From contig CAJINV010000011.1 of assembly GCA_905178155.1 (NCBI GenBank), positions 767,982 through 831,981 on the forward strand: a DNA stretch of 64,000 bases, in the 5' to 3' direction. Position numbers and translations under genes: made by a program. The stretch is from Amoebophrya sp. A120 (lineage: Eukaryota; Protista; Dinoflagellata). Of the stretch, positions 47,670 through 60,944 are shown one piece after another. Below the pieces are notes generated by a model. It did not search any database, had not been told where the DNA came from, and worked only from the letters and a program-made list of their open reading frames with translations. Each line of letters opens with the position of its first letter. The stretch's first letter is position 1.

Positions 47670-49789
47670 TTGTACTTAAACCAGAAGTAGCGAAGGACGA
47701 ACATGTGGCTGAAGAACAGCTGCACTAGCAATCGTTCATCGTTGCTGATGAAATAGTTTTTAAACATCAAACTCTACACACTAGCTGAGTTCATACAGCA
47801 TAATGAATCGTCGTGTTCAACATAGGGGGCCGCCGCTGTTGCTGTCCACTAAACACAGCGTATGTAAGTAATCCTTTCCGCACGCCTAAAAGCCGAAGCT
47901 CGCCGATATGCAGGTCGATGAGTCCGAATCCGAAAAGAGTAATGAAGAGAGTTCAGCCTTACTTTAGGTGTCGTGACGGAGGGCTCCTTCCAAATTCTGT
48001 GTCGAGGTGGAGGGATCCACGACAAAGCAAAGTGTGTCTGGTGTCGTGTGGTATCTCTCTAGACTGCTTTTGAAAAGCTTGTGATTCCACCTGATTTTGA
48101 CGATTGGTTTCTTTCACGCGCAGGTTTCCCAACGACCCCAAAGACAAGAGACGCAAAAGAAAAGTCAAGACGAATTTGAACACTACTAGGAATCAAAGTA
48201 GTATCCAATCTGTAATGCACGCCGGTGCTTCTCGTGTGTAGTTTAGGTTTTTCCTTTCCTTCCAAAATAAGCTTTGCCGCTTGTGCCCGTATTAGGGTGT
48301 TTAGAGGTAAGCTAGAATAATTTGTAATGCTGAAAAGCATACAAGCCCTAATAGTTTCCCGTGGAGAAACTAATGCATCTGTAGTGAAGGTTGACAAACA
48401 AAGCATGAATTTGTAATGCTGGCGGCCGTTCTGCTCGGAAATGCCCGACAGCAATCTGTCATGCATATTTCGACCATTTGGCGACGATGCTTCTTCTCCT
48501 CTTTCCCTTTTGTGATCGCGCTCACCATTTAGTGAGCGGCAGTGTGGTCTACGGTTCTTGTACGAGCTAGATCAGTGCTACAATTTATGACGAAGGGATT
48601 TCCGGAACCTTTGATCGTGCTGGTGCTTTGATCTTCAGGTTGATCCTTTGGCCAATTTGTAATGCTGTTTTTCTTGATCTGCGGTAAATCTGGGGCTTTC
48701 GGAATCTAACATGTATTTGTCTTGCTAATCACGACCGAATTCTTGATTTGGGTGGACCTCACACAAAGGTCCACCTCGACAGCAAAACGAAAGAAAGCTA
48801 TGAAGTTGCTCCACGCCCACCGATCTGGGGGTGGTCGGGACAAGAAGCAAGACGGCCTAAAAACAGCAAAATGGAAGATTTACCCAAATAAGCGATTGGC
48901 TCCGACTAGCAGCACCCAATCGAATACGAAAACTCCCACTGTAAACCCATTGTCTTTCCTTTTGTTCCGAGCTGTATCTGGTTACTGCTCCGTTAGACTA
49001 GTAACATTCTTATCTTTGCACTGCCCTCGGTTTTAGTAGAGATCTCATCTAGACTATAGCTTGAAAATCATACAAAAGAATAAATAAAACAGACTATAAT
49101 CCTAAACATCCAGTAAACAATAAAAGAAAATCCATCGTACATGTAGAAAGTGGGGAACGGGGGAAGAGAAACACGTCTTCCCCCTCCCTCCTATTCTAGA
49201 AAAGCGGTTTCTCGTCCTGAGGATTCAAGATCCCAGGACTTTTGCCGAAAGTCCGGGAATCCTGACGAGACCCGCATTACAAACCAATAAATTAGTTGTG
49301 CAAAACCTATCCAACTGTCATCATACAATGTAGAACTACCATGCGAAGCCAAAAAATAAATGAACGTCTTTTAATTTTCCAAAACTTGCTATGCGTGAAT
49401 CTGGTCGAAACTGCAAGAGAAACTTGAGCCAAGAAAATCCTCTTCGGCCCAACTCCCTCGTTCACGACTTTAGCCCCACGATAAGCGATATCCATAGCAC
49501 GTTAGTAATTACGACCCTTCTCGAAGAACGATTTCCCCAATTTGTAACGCTAGAAACGATTTGTCTTCAAAACGATGTAAACGATAGCGAAGACCCGAGA
49601 TATGAAGTACGATTTTCAGTGCTGCGTAAACCAAAATCAAATCTTAGAAAGCGCGATGAGTAGGCGTGTACCAGCATCGGTGGCTCTAAATCTAACATCT
49701 TCATCTTACAAGTATCATACTGCCGGGCGGGCTGGGGTAAAGCACAATTTTTGAATTTACCCAAATGCCCCCGCTTTACACCAGGACGC

Positions 49790-52700
49790 CTACTGCACTG
49801 GCATACTGGATATCGGTATGACTTCATTATCTAAAAACCATTTCCGGTAGCGGACTTCCATCGGAGCCGCCTCCGCTAGCGTGACAGTAGCGGAATCCTT
49901 CCAAACGCAAATATTCCGAACCCAGCCGCATCCGTTCCGAGCTTTGAAAGCGTAGTCGTCCCTTCGGTATTCGGCGATATTTCCAATCACGGTTACTCTG
50001 TCCAAGCTGACTGGATTCTTCATCGGGATATCGGCCGAGCCATTGCGGTCAGCCAGGTATACTGCACGGTCTAAAACTCCAGTCACCTCGTAGATCGGCT
50101 TTCCGTAAACCCCAGCGAGCTCTTGCTTCCCACGAACCTGAGCCGGTGGCAACTCCACCTGAACTAGATCCCCCACAATGACATCAGGAAACCGGCTACC
50201 CCTCTTTGCGATCAGTTTCTTTCGAGTACGTTCCGCCGCCAAAGCCTTATCCTCGAGGCAGTCGACCGCCAGTTCCCGTCGTTTCCGTTCGACCTGGTCC
50301 AACGCGTCACCGACCGATAGCTCAACAGCCCTACTGGGTTCTGGCACGGCAGCCCGTAATTGTGGAAACAACTGCCCCCGAACCTCAAACCCCAAAACGT
50401 CTAATGCGGATCGACCATTCCTGCCTTCGAGCGGCATTCGGTTCAGCGCCAGCTCAAGATCTTCAACCCTGTCAGACCACTCCAAATGCGTGCCCGGGCC
50501 TGGGGACGTTCTGAAGAAGTGGGTGCAGAATTTGTGAACATACTCCGCCGCATGTTGGCCCGCCGGGTGGTAGCTGGTCCCTGGCACAAACTTCACGGCC
50601 GGGTAGTTGCGACGCATCCAAGCCCGAAGCTTGCCATAGCCCTTGTTTTTGAAATGTTCGAAGCCATTGTCTGCCCGCAATTTCCTCGGCGCCCCGAAGC
50701 GCTTAAAAATTTTCTCCAGGCACTCGGCCGCTTTCTCGACGGTTTTGCTTCCTGTGCTGAATATCCAATTGTAGCCACTGAACACATCGCAGGCCGTAAA
50801 GATGTATTTTTGTTCAGTGCCAGTAGTGGTCTTGTAAGGTCCGGCATAATCGAACGCGATGCAATCCAAGAGCTGTCCATATTCCAGCACCTCCGCCCGC
50901 GATGAGATCAACTGCTGTTCCCGCACGTTGGTGTTGCACGCCGGGCATCTTGCGATGAAGGCTGCAACATCTTTCCGCATGTTGTTCCACAAGAATCCGC
51001 ACCGCAAAATCTCAACAAAAGTTGCATACTCACCCGCGTGAGCAGCCCCCACGGCCGAACGGTGGATGGCCCAGATCAAGTATTCGCGAAGCGAAATCGA
51101 ACCCGAGGGAAACAGGTGCGTAAGCTCTTCTTCTTCGAACCCAGGAACCCCATCCACAAATTCCCCCGGTGGAACCACCACCCTGAAAACGTGGTCGCGA
51201 TCTAACCGGATCAGAACATCGTCTGCATCTCGACAAAACTGCATCTCTTCACATCGTCGATAGCAGTCTTTGCCCGTTTCACACCCCAACGACGCGCCGC
51301 GCGTTGAAGTAGTTCTTCCAACGAAAACCGGCCTACATTGTCCAGGACCCAAAAATGTTCTGGCCAGGCCTTTTGCTGCATTTGCGCAATTCTTTCTTTG
51401 GTAACGTCCACCGGGACTGCTGTTTCTTCTTCCACTCCAGGAGGCGGAGCTTGTGCGCCAAAAGCCAGCATTCCCTTGTATCCGCTTTTCCAAAATCGTC
51501 GCAGCGGCAACTGCGACCCTACTGCCCCCAACCCTGCTCCTGTTCCTGCCGAAACCTTCGACGGAGCAGAGAAAATGAATTTCTTGTAGTTCCACTGCTC
51601 CTGGATCTTGTAGTACGCTTGAGGAGGTCGCACTACTTCCACAAATTCCGGAACGAACCGTTTCGCCGTAGCAGTGCTGGTAGAGAAGTAAAACACCATC
51701 TAACGGCTCCAAATCCGCAATCGGAGTCGCTTTTGTCGGAACCGCCCCCGGCCGGTACAGGCTTTGCAGTCGAAAAACAGTAGGTCCATCGTGAAGAAAA
51801 ATTCCCTGGGCCTTCTTAAAGATAGCATTTACCCAAATAGCTTCTGGATCGGCTTCTTCCGGTGCTGGATCCAAGTCTTCGTCTTCGTCTGCCAGCTGGT
51901 CCGGAGGTGGGTTTGCAGGAAAATTTGCAATCGCCAGCAACGGCTCTGCGTTTTCATCTCTGTTGCCCCCCTGCAAATTCTTCTCATCCTCCTCTTCGAC
52001 GTCCGAATTACTGAAATTAACACTATTCCCTTCATCAACACCCGCATGAGCATCCTGTTTGTCATGCGACGACGACGAATTGTTATGCGGAATTCCCAAA
52101 GGGGGAGCGGCCTGATGCTCCGCTTGTTCGTCTAAAATCGGTAGAAGGCCAGCCTGATTCCGCTGTTCCTGAAGCGCGTCAAACTGCTCTACTAATTCGG
52201 CCAGGCGAGTACTCCGCTGCCTGGTGTTCCGTTTCTTCAAAAGTTCTTCCGTTTCCGCAACTATTAAATCCTCTTGATCTTCGATGGGGAGGCAAAACCG
52301 CAAACCATCACCCGGATCCTGGATAATCCGCTGTCGCACCGGGGCCACGCCACAATTGCACTTGCACCGCCTACCGGGCGCCCGTAGAAGTGCTTCCCCG
52401 GTGTGTTTCGGACAAATTAGTAGTGGCGACTCAACTGTTTCTCGACCGGGATTCCACTGCGCTTTGAATAGCTTAACCTCCTGCACCCCATCAGTGCATT
52501 GCAAATCCCGCAGTGGCTTCGCTATTGCTTCCAAATCGTGAGCGACAAATTCCTTCGGATGGTTGGAATGGGACAAATCGGAGCGGAACCGGTCTGGCAG
52601 CCCCTTGGCCGCAGCTTCTTTTGCCTCGGCGAAGTTGCGATATAACTTCCTCGGCCCCCAAGAGTACTCCACTTTATTCCCATTTTGCACCACTACGACT

Positions 52701-53692
52701 TTCTTCTTTTTCCCATCGGCAGTCGCAGAAACGTGAAGCGCTTGATTTTGTTCTGCCACCCCGAGAGGCTGCGTTTCTCCTTGACCCACGTTCGGGTCTT
52801 CGTCCTTCTTCGATCCAAATAGCCACTTGATACAATCCCGAACTCCATTCGGCATTTGACCTAGTACCCGCTGTAGGTCGGCCCGTACTCCTTCGCGGTC
52901 TTTGCCTTCTGCTGGGAATCTGGAAACGATGTCCGCCAAAATATTGCATTCGCCACTAATGTGCACCCGGTGAATCAGTGGAGATCGTAACTTCGGAAGC
53001 CTACCTTCGACCCAACGCTGAGCCTTGGCTGACTTCACCTGTGACCTTGCAATCTCTTCCAGCTCCGACTCCCCCAAGTTCTTGTGATCGAAAAGTAGGA
53101 AAATTTCGCTGCCCTCCACAAGGTTCAACCCAAAATCGCAGAACATCTTGACCCCCGCCAACTCGCGTTCAAAAGTTCCCAGGTTTGCATCGCCAGCTGC
53201 AAAACTCCTTGACTTCGCCATAATCGGACGCAGGGGCCCGAACTTCTTCGCTGGCTGAGCAATGGCAAAACCCCTTCCGTAAATGCTTGCGTCGAGCAAA
53301 ACACAAATTGGCCGCCCGGTAGTGCGCCAATTCTGTCCCGCTGCAAGGTCTAGAGCCTTCAATGGAACATCCGAGCGGAGAGAGGTGCGCAACCGTTTAA
53401 ACGCATCCATTGCTGCTGGGTCGCCTTGAAATTTCTTGAAATCCGATTTCTGACGGAGGTAGGGGCGGAGCGGATGACAAATCTCCGTGAAATCCGGGAT
53501 GTATTCACGACTGAAATTTGCAAAAGCAACCGCCGACAACAGCTCCGCGCGCGATTTCGGTGTTGGCCAGTTCCGTAACTGGTCGCAGCGTTTCCTCGTT
53601 GGTTTCCGTCCTTCTTCCGAAAATTCGTAGCCTAGAATCTCCAGAGACTTGCACCCGAAACAACTCTTCCGCAGGCTCAACGCAAAACCAAT
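49790..53692 (-). mobile_element. Ty3/Gypsy-type LTR retrotransposon pol, 5'-truncated inside RT (RT C-term, RNase H, long insert, H2C2 + DDE integrase)
   Basis: LSLRKSCFG..LEILGY; LLDAS...ERELAG...FDHKNL...HISGECNILADIVSR; H...AHAG...LWNNMRKDVAAFIARCPAC; AFDYAGP, CDVFSGY, RADNG, HPAGQHAAE. Order RT-RH-IN. Candidate PPT on - strand at ~49176-49192. Confidence 0.9.
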
Positions 53693-54276
53693 TTACCGTA
53701 AAGTATGACTCCTACACGAGTTTTGAGGTGTAGACATCTCACCGGCTGCGCCATCATTAGCGTCTTACTGTGTGAGTATGTAGTCTCCACCATCCCGTAG
53801 CCATCGTGGATTTCATCCGCCGGGCACCTAAAGGTGCCACGCGCGTCACCTGGTCTAAGTGGTACGCTTTACGGTCGACCAGGCTGTATTACACTGTCCC
53901 CAACTCCGATAGACGCTCTGTCTACCGCCACCGACCCACGCCGGGACATGCCTTATCCTTGGACCACAATTGTGGTTCGTGTCACCAAGGAGTTTGCACT
54001 GCTGGTTCTTGTTTTTTACGGAAGGCGGACGCCTCAGAAGGCCCTTCCAACATGACGAGTCAGACAGCGCGTAAAAATACAGCCACGATTAGATGTAAGA
54101 TGCTTCCCATGCTACTAGGACGGCAGTCGCGCACTGCTCGGTCTATATATCCTAGTTCACCATCAGGTTTGGTAAACCCTCAGCGGGAAGATTTCCTTGA
54201 GCAAGTCGTGATACTTGGGAGGTCGTTTGAATAGCCGCACCTGATTTTGACGCAAGCTTTTTATCTCTCTGATCTT

Positions 54277-56638
54277 TGAAAATCTCCGCTTTTGCCACGT
54301 ACAGCTACCTTTTTCACGTAAATTCAACAAAGTAGGCTCTATTTTAGCTCAAATTCAGGTCAAAAATGGCATATTTTAGGTCCAGAACGCATGGAAAATG
54401 GATCAAAAGGCGCAAAATGGCGCCCCAGTTTCCACTGGTAGGGTCGGAACTCCGATGTAAGGTTCAGAAAATGAAGCGCAGACGAAGCTGCTGCATGATC
54501 TAGGTTCTTGCACTGACTAAATGCGCGCCGCTTTTGTCTTTACCACATCAGGAACGTCCACACCACGGGAAACATTAGGAGCTTATGTGATGCTTTAGTA
54601 TGAAGCACAAAGAGCCTTTAGCTTTACTACGCTTGGGCTGGACTAGGTCCAGCCAGAACACATTGATGGATATTGTGCCTATTTTGGACTACATTTCCCC
54701 TAGAATTACTTCTGTTTGCGCCTAAAGAGCACTATTGGCTTGTGGGTAGTGTTCGAGCCCTCGGTTGACTTGGTTGTAGATTCTTATTCGTTTGCTCGGT
54801 GCGCGTTTCGGAAGTCTGCTCGTGAAAGCCAAGACAACCTGGAAAATACAGGCGATTTCACAAGTGGTGGACCCGAGCGGCAACGAAGCCGGAGCTTTTT
54901 CTGGGAAAATGTATAGCGTGGGCATTAGCTCGGGGCACATTTACGCTTCTCTCATTTTGGACGTATAGGACAGTCTATATCTATTTCCCGTGGTGGTGGT
55001 GTAGCGCTAGGTCTGTTTTCCTTAGGATGCTAGTAGCGGATACAGCGCATCGCTAAGCGCAATAGATAGACAAAAGCCATGTTCCTTGGGCGGCGGGCTA
55101 CGTACACGAAAATCGGCGCACAGACTAGCTTCGATTGCGGAGGGCTGGGGGCAGTAAGTAGTAGCAGCGTTTGCAAGGTACGCACGGAGCGACCTTGTCC
55201 AGAAATTCCGAGACGGCGTAATAGCTAGCCGGCCGGAGCCGGAGTAGTAGCAGGCGGAACGTTTTGGGCTGCAGATTCCTCATGGGAGGTAGCTGCGTTG
55301 ATAGCAGCGACGGGCCCCAGCCACGGATCGGGCAAAAAAGTTGTCTGTCGCGGGATGTAGAATTGCAGCTGTGGATTTGGGGGCAGCAGGAGTCTCCTAG
55401 ACAAAAGTAATAGTCTTTGAGGCAGTTCGCAGTTTTTTGGGGGAGATCATTTTTTTTTCGGGGTCCGATATTGGAAGCGCGCATTAGCAGTTGTCGGGAT
55501 TGCCGCAATAGCTTTGATGCCGGAGCAGCAAAGCTTGCGCTCGACTTTCGATTTTCAGTAGCACAGCGATCCGCTGAAGCATGGGGGCAGTTGTTTAGGC
55601 CGGAGCCGTCAACAGGCCTCGAGTGCTTTATCGGGAAAAAGGCACTGATGGTAGATTGCAGCAGATTGGCGAGTGTTCGCGTAAAGTAATCAGGGGGCTT
55701 CTGGGAAAATTGCCTGGCTGTGATTACTTGACGCGAAGTGAAGAACGAGGTCTGCTTATTTGTTCTATTGAGGTAGTTAGACGCATCCAGCCGCACAGCG
55801 CGACTAGGGTCGTCGTTTCTTTATTTTAGGACTTTTTTTTATTTGAAACGAACCGCGGCTGCGTCTGGAGTCGATGCGCGGTTTCGCATCACTTCACGCA
55901 GGAGCTGGGTTCGGGGCTATATTTATTTGCTTTTCGCATTACAGATTTACATTGGGGTAGCCTTGCTGGTATGGTTTGGCTTTACAGTTTTCACGTTACT
56001 ATATTGGCTACAAAGCTCGTCGTCTTCGACTTCGACCTTTGCAGCTCTTCTGGGAAAATCTCCGCTTTTGCCACGTACAGCTACCTTTTTCACGTAAATT
56101 CAACAAAGTAGGCTCTATTTTAGCTCAAATTCAGGTCAAAAATGGCATATTTTAGGTCCAGAACGCATGGAAAATGGATCAAAAGGCGCAAAATGGCGCC
56201 CCAGTTTCCACTGGTAGGGTCGGAACTCCGATGTAAGGTTCAGAAAATGAAGCGCAGACGAAGCTGCTGCATGATCTAGGTTCTTGCACTGACTAAATGC
56301 GCGCCGCTTTTGTCTTTACCACATCAGGAACGTCCACACCACGGGAAACATTAGGAGCTTATGTGATGCTTTAGTATGAAGCACAAAGAGCCTTTAGCTT
56401 TACTACGCTTGGGCTGGACTAGGTCCAGCCAGAACACATTGATGGATATTGTGCCTATTTTGGACTACATTTCCCCTAGAATTACTTCTGTTTGCGCCTA
56501 AAGAGCACTATTGGCTTGTGGGTAGTGTTCGAGCCCTCGGTTGACTTGGTTGTAGATTCTTATTCGTTTGCTCGGTGCGCGTTTCGGAAGTCTGCTCGTG
56601 AAAGCCAAGACAACCTGGAAAATACAGGCGATTTCACA
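54277..56638 (+). mobile_element. Non-coding LTR element: twin 585-bp direct repeats (54278-54862, 56054-56638) with PBS-like site
   Basis: Repeats look identical by eye and end in ...TTTCACA. The first copy is followed by AG-TGGTGGACCC (tRNA-3'-end-like PBS). No ORF, clear PPT or TSD seen. Confidence 0.7.
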
Positions 56639-56783
56639 GCAGGGCCGTGGTGTGGCGGCGCATCAGCCTGATCTTGTTCAGGATTGCATCTTACAAACAA
56701 GTAGTTCTTCACGTCGGTTAAAAAAAAGCGGATGCCGTGATACTAGCACGACAGAGCTATAGTAACGGACCACATGGAAGATC

Positions 56784-58521
56784 ATGTCTTCGGCTTCGAG
56801 CAAGAATTTCTTACCAATCGCGCCTACCGGCGCTCCGCCTCGAAAAGATGCTCCACCACCGCATAGTACTAGCGCCCTACGCGGGCGCGGAGGACCAACA
56901 CCCTCGAACAATGAAAGGCCGCACAAGATGAATCCGAGGAAAAAAAACTTCGTGCCCTTAGTTTCACCTCCGGCACGTCCTCCGGAAAGCGCACCGTTGC
57001 TGCTGCACGATGAGGACGGGAGAAGAGGAGACGAAAAACAAGTGACAGGGAACAAAGGGCATTATGATCCGAAGCAAGAACTGAGGGCCGCTACTCCCTG
57101 CTCCGGTGGAGGTAGTAGATCTGATCTCTTACATCAAGCTGAGAAGCCCCTGCCCTCCGAGTCAACGCTTGTGCCTGAAAACTTCGAGTGGGGCAGTTGT
57201 GGTAGTTCTGCTGGTGGTGCTGGTGGTGGTGGTTCGGAAACCTTTTCGCAGCAAAATTCTCCTACGTCGCAGCTTTCATCCCCAAGAGGCACTGCTGCAC
57301 AAGCTGCGAATTCTAATTCATCTTCCGACGTGACCACCCTGCACGTCGGAAAGAACCGCCGGGACCACGATCGCGCCCCGCGGCTTTCTTTCCTGTTCCC
57401 CAAATCCCCGGGTACTTACCAGCTGCAGGACCTGAATTTGCACGCCCTGGGGCTGCGGGTGAAACCGCTGGCGGAAGTGAAGCTGCTACAGTCGGTCGTG
57501 TTGGAGATGGTGCTGCCCGGGGACTTCGCGCAACCGGTTCTCCTGGCGCAGCAACAACAGTTTGGATTTGGAAATTATAGCAGCGCCGTCGGAGCTGGTG
57601 CTGGCGGTGGATCCAGCGCGACGAGCATGGGCGCTGCAGCTGCGGGGGGAACGAGTACAGCTTCCGCACAAGGAGGTACCACCGCAGTCATGTTGCCGCA
57701 GTCGCTGCAAAAATTGGCATCACAGGGTACTGCCACAACACAGCATTCGTCTTTACTACCGGCTGCCTCTTCTACCGCAAAAACCTTCTGGTCCAGCAGC
57801 TCGAATTATCAGAAAAAATACCGCACGGTCGACGTTCACTACATTGGCTGGTACGTGTCATCTATGTATTGCAAAAGTATCTTCGTATTTCTAGTGGTCA
57901 TTGCATTACAAACTTGCTCAGCATGACGATCGGAATTTCTCATGCTGTTTTACCTTAAGAGGATGATTTCGATTTGTCATACACAATTGCAACTAGTACG
58001 ACCACACGAGTGCGATACTTTTGCAATGCATATCATCTGGAACGACGACGACAACCACAGGAGCTGGAAGTACCTTTACAAATCCGACGTTGATCTACAA
58101 GGCGTTCCAATTCGATACCACGTACAACCGCCACAAACCGCTCCGGATGGACAAGTTGGGAAAAAACGCGTATTTTCCCGGCTTGGAGGAAGCCGTAGTG
58201 CAGTTGTGCGTCGGCTCCAAAGCACTCGCGTACATCCCCCCGGGCAAGGCGTTCGGCAGTCGCGGCTTCAAGGCTCTCATCCCGCCGAGTGCGCACCTGA
58301 TCCTGTGGTTGTGCGTCGAGAAACCCGGAGGAGCGACGGGGAGTTTGTCGAGCGGTGGGGGAGGGGGGGGAGGAGGAACGGGAAGCCGTGGAGGTCCTGC
58401 TCCGGGCAATAGTTTTGCGGGCAAAAACAAAGCTGCTGGGACAACAGGTCGAGGAGCGAAAAACAAAAATCAAGATGGTTTGCCACCGCCGCGGATGATG
58501 AAAAATCATTCGCCTGTATGA
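56784..58521 (+). CDS. FKBP-type peptidyl-prolyl isomerase domain protein with low-complexity insertions; exons 56784-57862, 58038-58521
   Basis: VLEMVLPGD...TVDVHYIGW...FDTTYNRHKPL..LGKNAYFPGLEEAVVQLCVGSKALAYIPPGKAFGSRG..LIPPSAHL matches the FKBP fold consensus. Confidence 0.82.
57863..58032. mobile_element. Introner-like TIR element, family B
   Basis: TATGTATTGCAAAAGTATC...GATACTTTTGCAATGCATA; TSD TCATC. Confidence 0.92.
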
Positions 58522-58729
58522 ATTCGATTTCGCAAAAAAAAAAAAAGTAAGATGCAACGCTTGGAAAAAGTAAGATACAACTCCAACTCATGCAGCTGTG
58601 GAAAGAGTGAGCAAGAGATTGTTGTGCAAGTGATCATGAACAAAAGAAAAAATTTCGTTCTGTCTTTGTCGTCCGTGAGTGTCCTTTGTATTCATCACTT
58701 CTTTGCAGGGCTGTTGCATCACCACGAGC

Positions 58730-60083
58730 CATGCGACTGTCACTGAAACAGAACCTGAACTGTGTTCTTCCACCGTGCCCTGGCCACAGAGGCTTGGCCT
58801 GTGTGTCGGTGCTCGTCCTGCTGATCAAAAGATAAAGAACGACCGGCGACGTCGTACAGTATTTGTCGGTCGAATCGTCTAGCCGGAAACGGTCAGGTCG
58901 GTAATCGTGCTTATGATATGATTTGTCATCTTGAGAGACACCGGCAGCGCATTGCCACGTTCGTGCGTCGTGCCAAGCAGCGGTGGAACTTTCGTGAATT
59001 TAAATTTTTCGTCCAGCTAGAGCTTCTGTTGATTTTCAGAACGTGGTCGTGAAAGTTCAGATGTAGATTCTCAGAAGATATACTTATGCAGCACAAATAC
59101 GACAACGACTTCTCAGCCACTCCAAGTGCCGCCCGGACGGTCCCCCTATAATTTCGTCTCTCCTTAGACCTATTTCTCACATTCAATCATTCTGAAGAAA
59201 TTGTTGTATTTTGGTTCTTCTGGCCAATTTCTCGAGGAGAGTTGCTGGGTCGCCTGACACCTCCTCTGCTGTTAGTCGAGGAAGCGTGCTCCACATTGTA
59301 ATTGTTTTGCTGGCCAAACAAAATTCTTGCTGTTCTGACCACAAAGATTTTGAGCTTGCCTACCAGACTTTATCTGTTTAGTTTTGCACTCTGTGCGAAA
59401 TCATGGCTGCCAAGGTAGAGCCGCTCGCGTGGGCCGCGTTGTTCATTGGCATCGTCGTGGTTATCTTCTTGTGGGTTACCATGGACTCGCGACGGGCGAA
59501 GTACCACCACCACGGGGACTCTGCGGCGGCAAAAATGCGGAAGTGGATGTATGAAGGTACGGCCACACCGCATCCGTTTGCCAATTACTAGGCGATCGCT
59601 TCGTCGTTCTTGTTACGACAAACTTCGACGACGCAGCAGTAAGCAAGCGGAGAGGGGGCTGCCACAGTCGCTACTTCGGGAGAGTTTGAGGACGTAGTTC
59701 GAGAACACCAACGGCTGGTGCGACGCGTTAGGACCTTCAAAAGTCGTCCTAACGCGCCAGGATCAGAATTAGCTACCTGCGCGCGGTTCCATTCTGCTTG
59801 ATGGGGAAATGTCAGAGAAACAATTTAGCCCAGCAACAAGAACCCCAGAAGTAAATCACTATTGTAGACAAACAAGAGAACAGCTTTTGAGACAGCGCGG
59901 GGCAGCGTGCTCGTGTCTGATGAGTTTTTTTCTCCTGTTGTGACAGCCACCCTTTCAGATGTGTCGATGTAGTGGTCATCCGTGCGTGCTTCTGTTTGCA
60001 TTCACTATTTCTGTCTTGCACAGCTGTTGCAGCATCACATGCGACTGTCACTGAAACAGAACTTGAATTGTGTTCGTCCACCG
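58730..60083. repeat. Diverged ~46-bp direct repeat pair (58730-58775, 60038-60083)
   Basis: CATGCGACTGTCACTGAAACAGAAC(C/T)TGAA(C/T)TGTGTTC(T/G)TCCACCG. Confidence 0.75.
59403..59591 (+). CDS. Small single-pass membrane protein (62 aa), unknown function
   Basis: AAATCATGG start context, TM LAWAALFIGIVVVIFLWV followed by basic residues, coding-like GC3. Confidence 0.5.
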   Translation: MAAKVEPLAWAALFIGIVVVIFLWVTMDSRRAKYHHHGDSAAAKMRKWMYEGTATPHPFANY

Positions 60084-60557
60084 CTTCACCGGAACCCTTT
60101 CTTCGACGATATTGAAGACCGAGTTTCAAATATCAAAAGAGTAAGAGAATGAATGCACTTCTACATATACACATAGCTGCATTAGAACTTGAGCTGCTGT
60201 TTTTTCCCATCCAATCCTCTGTGATGGTTACTCGAGATTGTTGTCGTGCGCGGCTTCGAAGAAGGAAGGTTGTCATAAATTTTTTCGTGCGCTGAATAAA
60301 TCCTCTTACTTTGTCATTGTCCCCCAATCACTTAAGTACAAGACCCCTTCTCGTCTTCCGCTCTTTCTTCATTCACCGATATCGTACTCCCTGAAAAAGA
60401 AAATAAATGCCCACGTTTGACTACAAAAAGGCACAACTTTCAACAATTAATAGCACGACAAGTAGAGCGCAGAAGTAAGCTGTAGGTATTAATCTTCTGC
60501 TTGTCACTCGGAAAAGGTATAGTCTATTTTCGCGAGTAGTACCTACACTACTAGAAA

Positions 60558-60944
60558 ATGGCGTCCCTCGAGCAGACCATTGACGAGCAGCACCAGGATC
60601 TGACCCTGTTTGTGCAGAACCTGCTGAAAGAGATGCAGAGCAGGTTCCAGACCATGTCTGACGGCATTGTCAACCGTATTGACGACATGGGAGGGCGGAT
60701 CGACGATTTGGAAAAGTATATTCGTTTACACACTCCAGTTCCTCTTGATCTCTCATCGAGCAGGAGGATAGAAGTGCCTGTTGGTGTCTTTGAAATGCAC
60801 GAAGGTAGATCCGTATCTAGAAATTGTGATGCATGACGCTACTGAACTACAACAAACGAAACTAACAGGTCTATCGGCGAGCTTATGACGGAGGCCGGCG
60901 TAAGCGAGGATGTCGCCGCCGCACCTGCTAGTGGAGAAAAATGA
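60558..60944 (+). CDS. HSBP1: Heat shock factor-binding protein 1; exons 60558-60715, 60869-60944
   Basis: [40 protein letters not shown]|SIGELM; canonical intron 60716-60868 ending ACTAACAG. Confidence 0.93.

Noticed and set aside
49790-56638. Treating the 585-bp repeats as the LTRs of the Gypsy pol, or this integrase as the introner mobiliser
   Set aside because: Both repeats lie on one side of pol and their PBS is on the opposite strand. Introner ends are TAT/ATA, not the TG/CA used by retroviral-type integrases.
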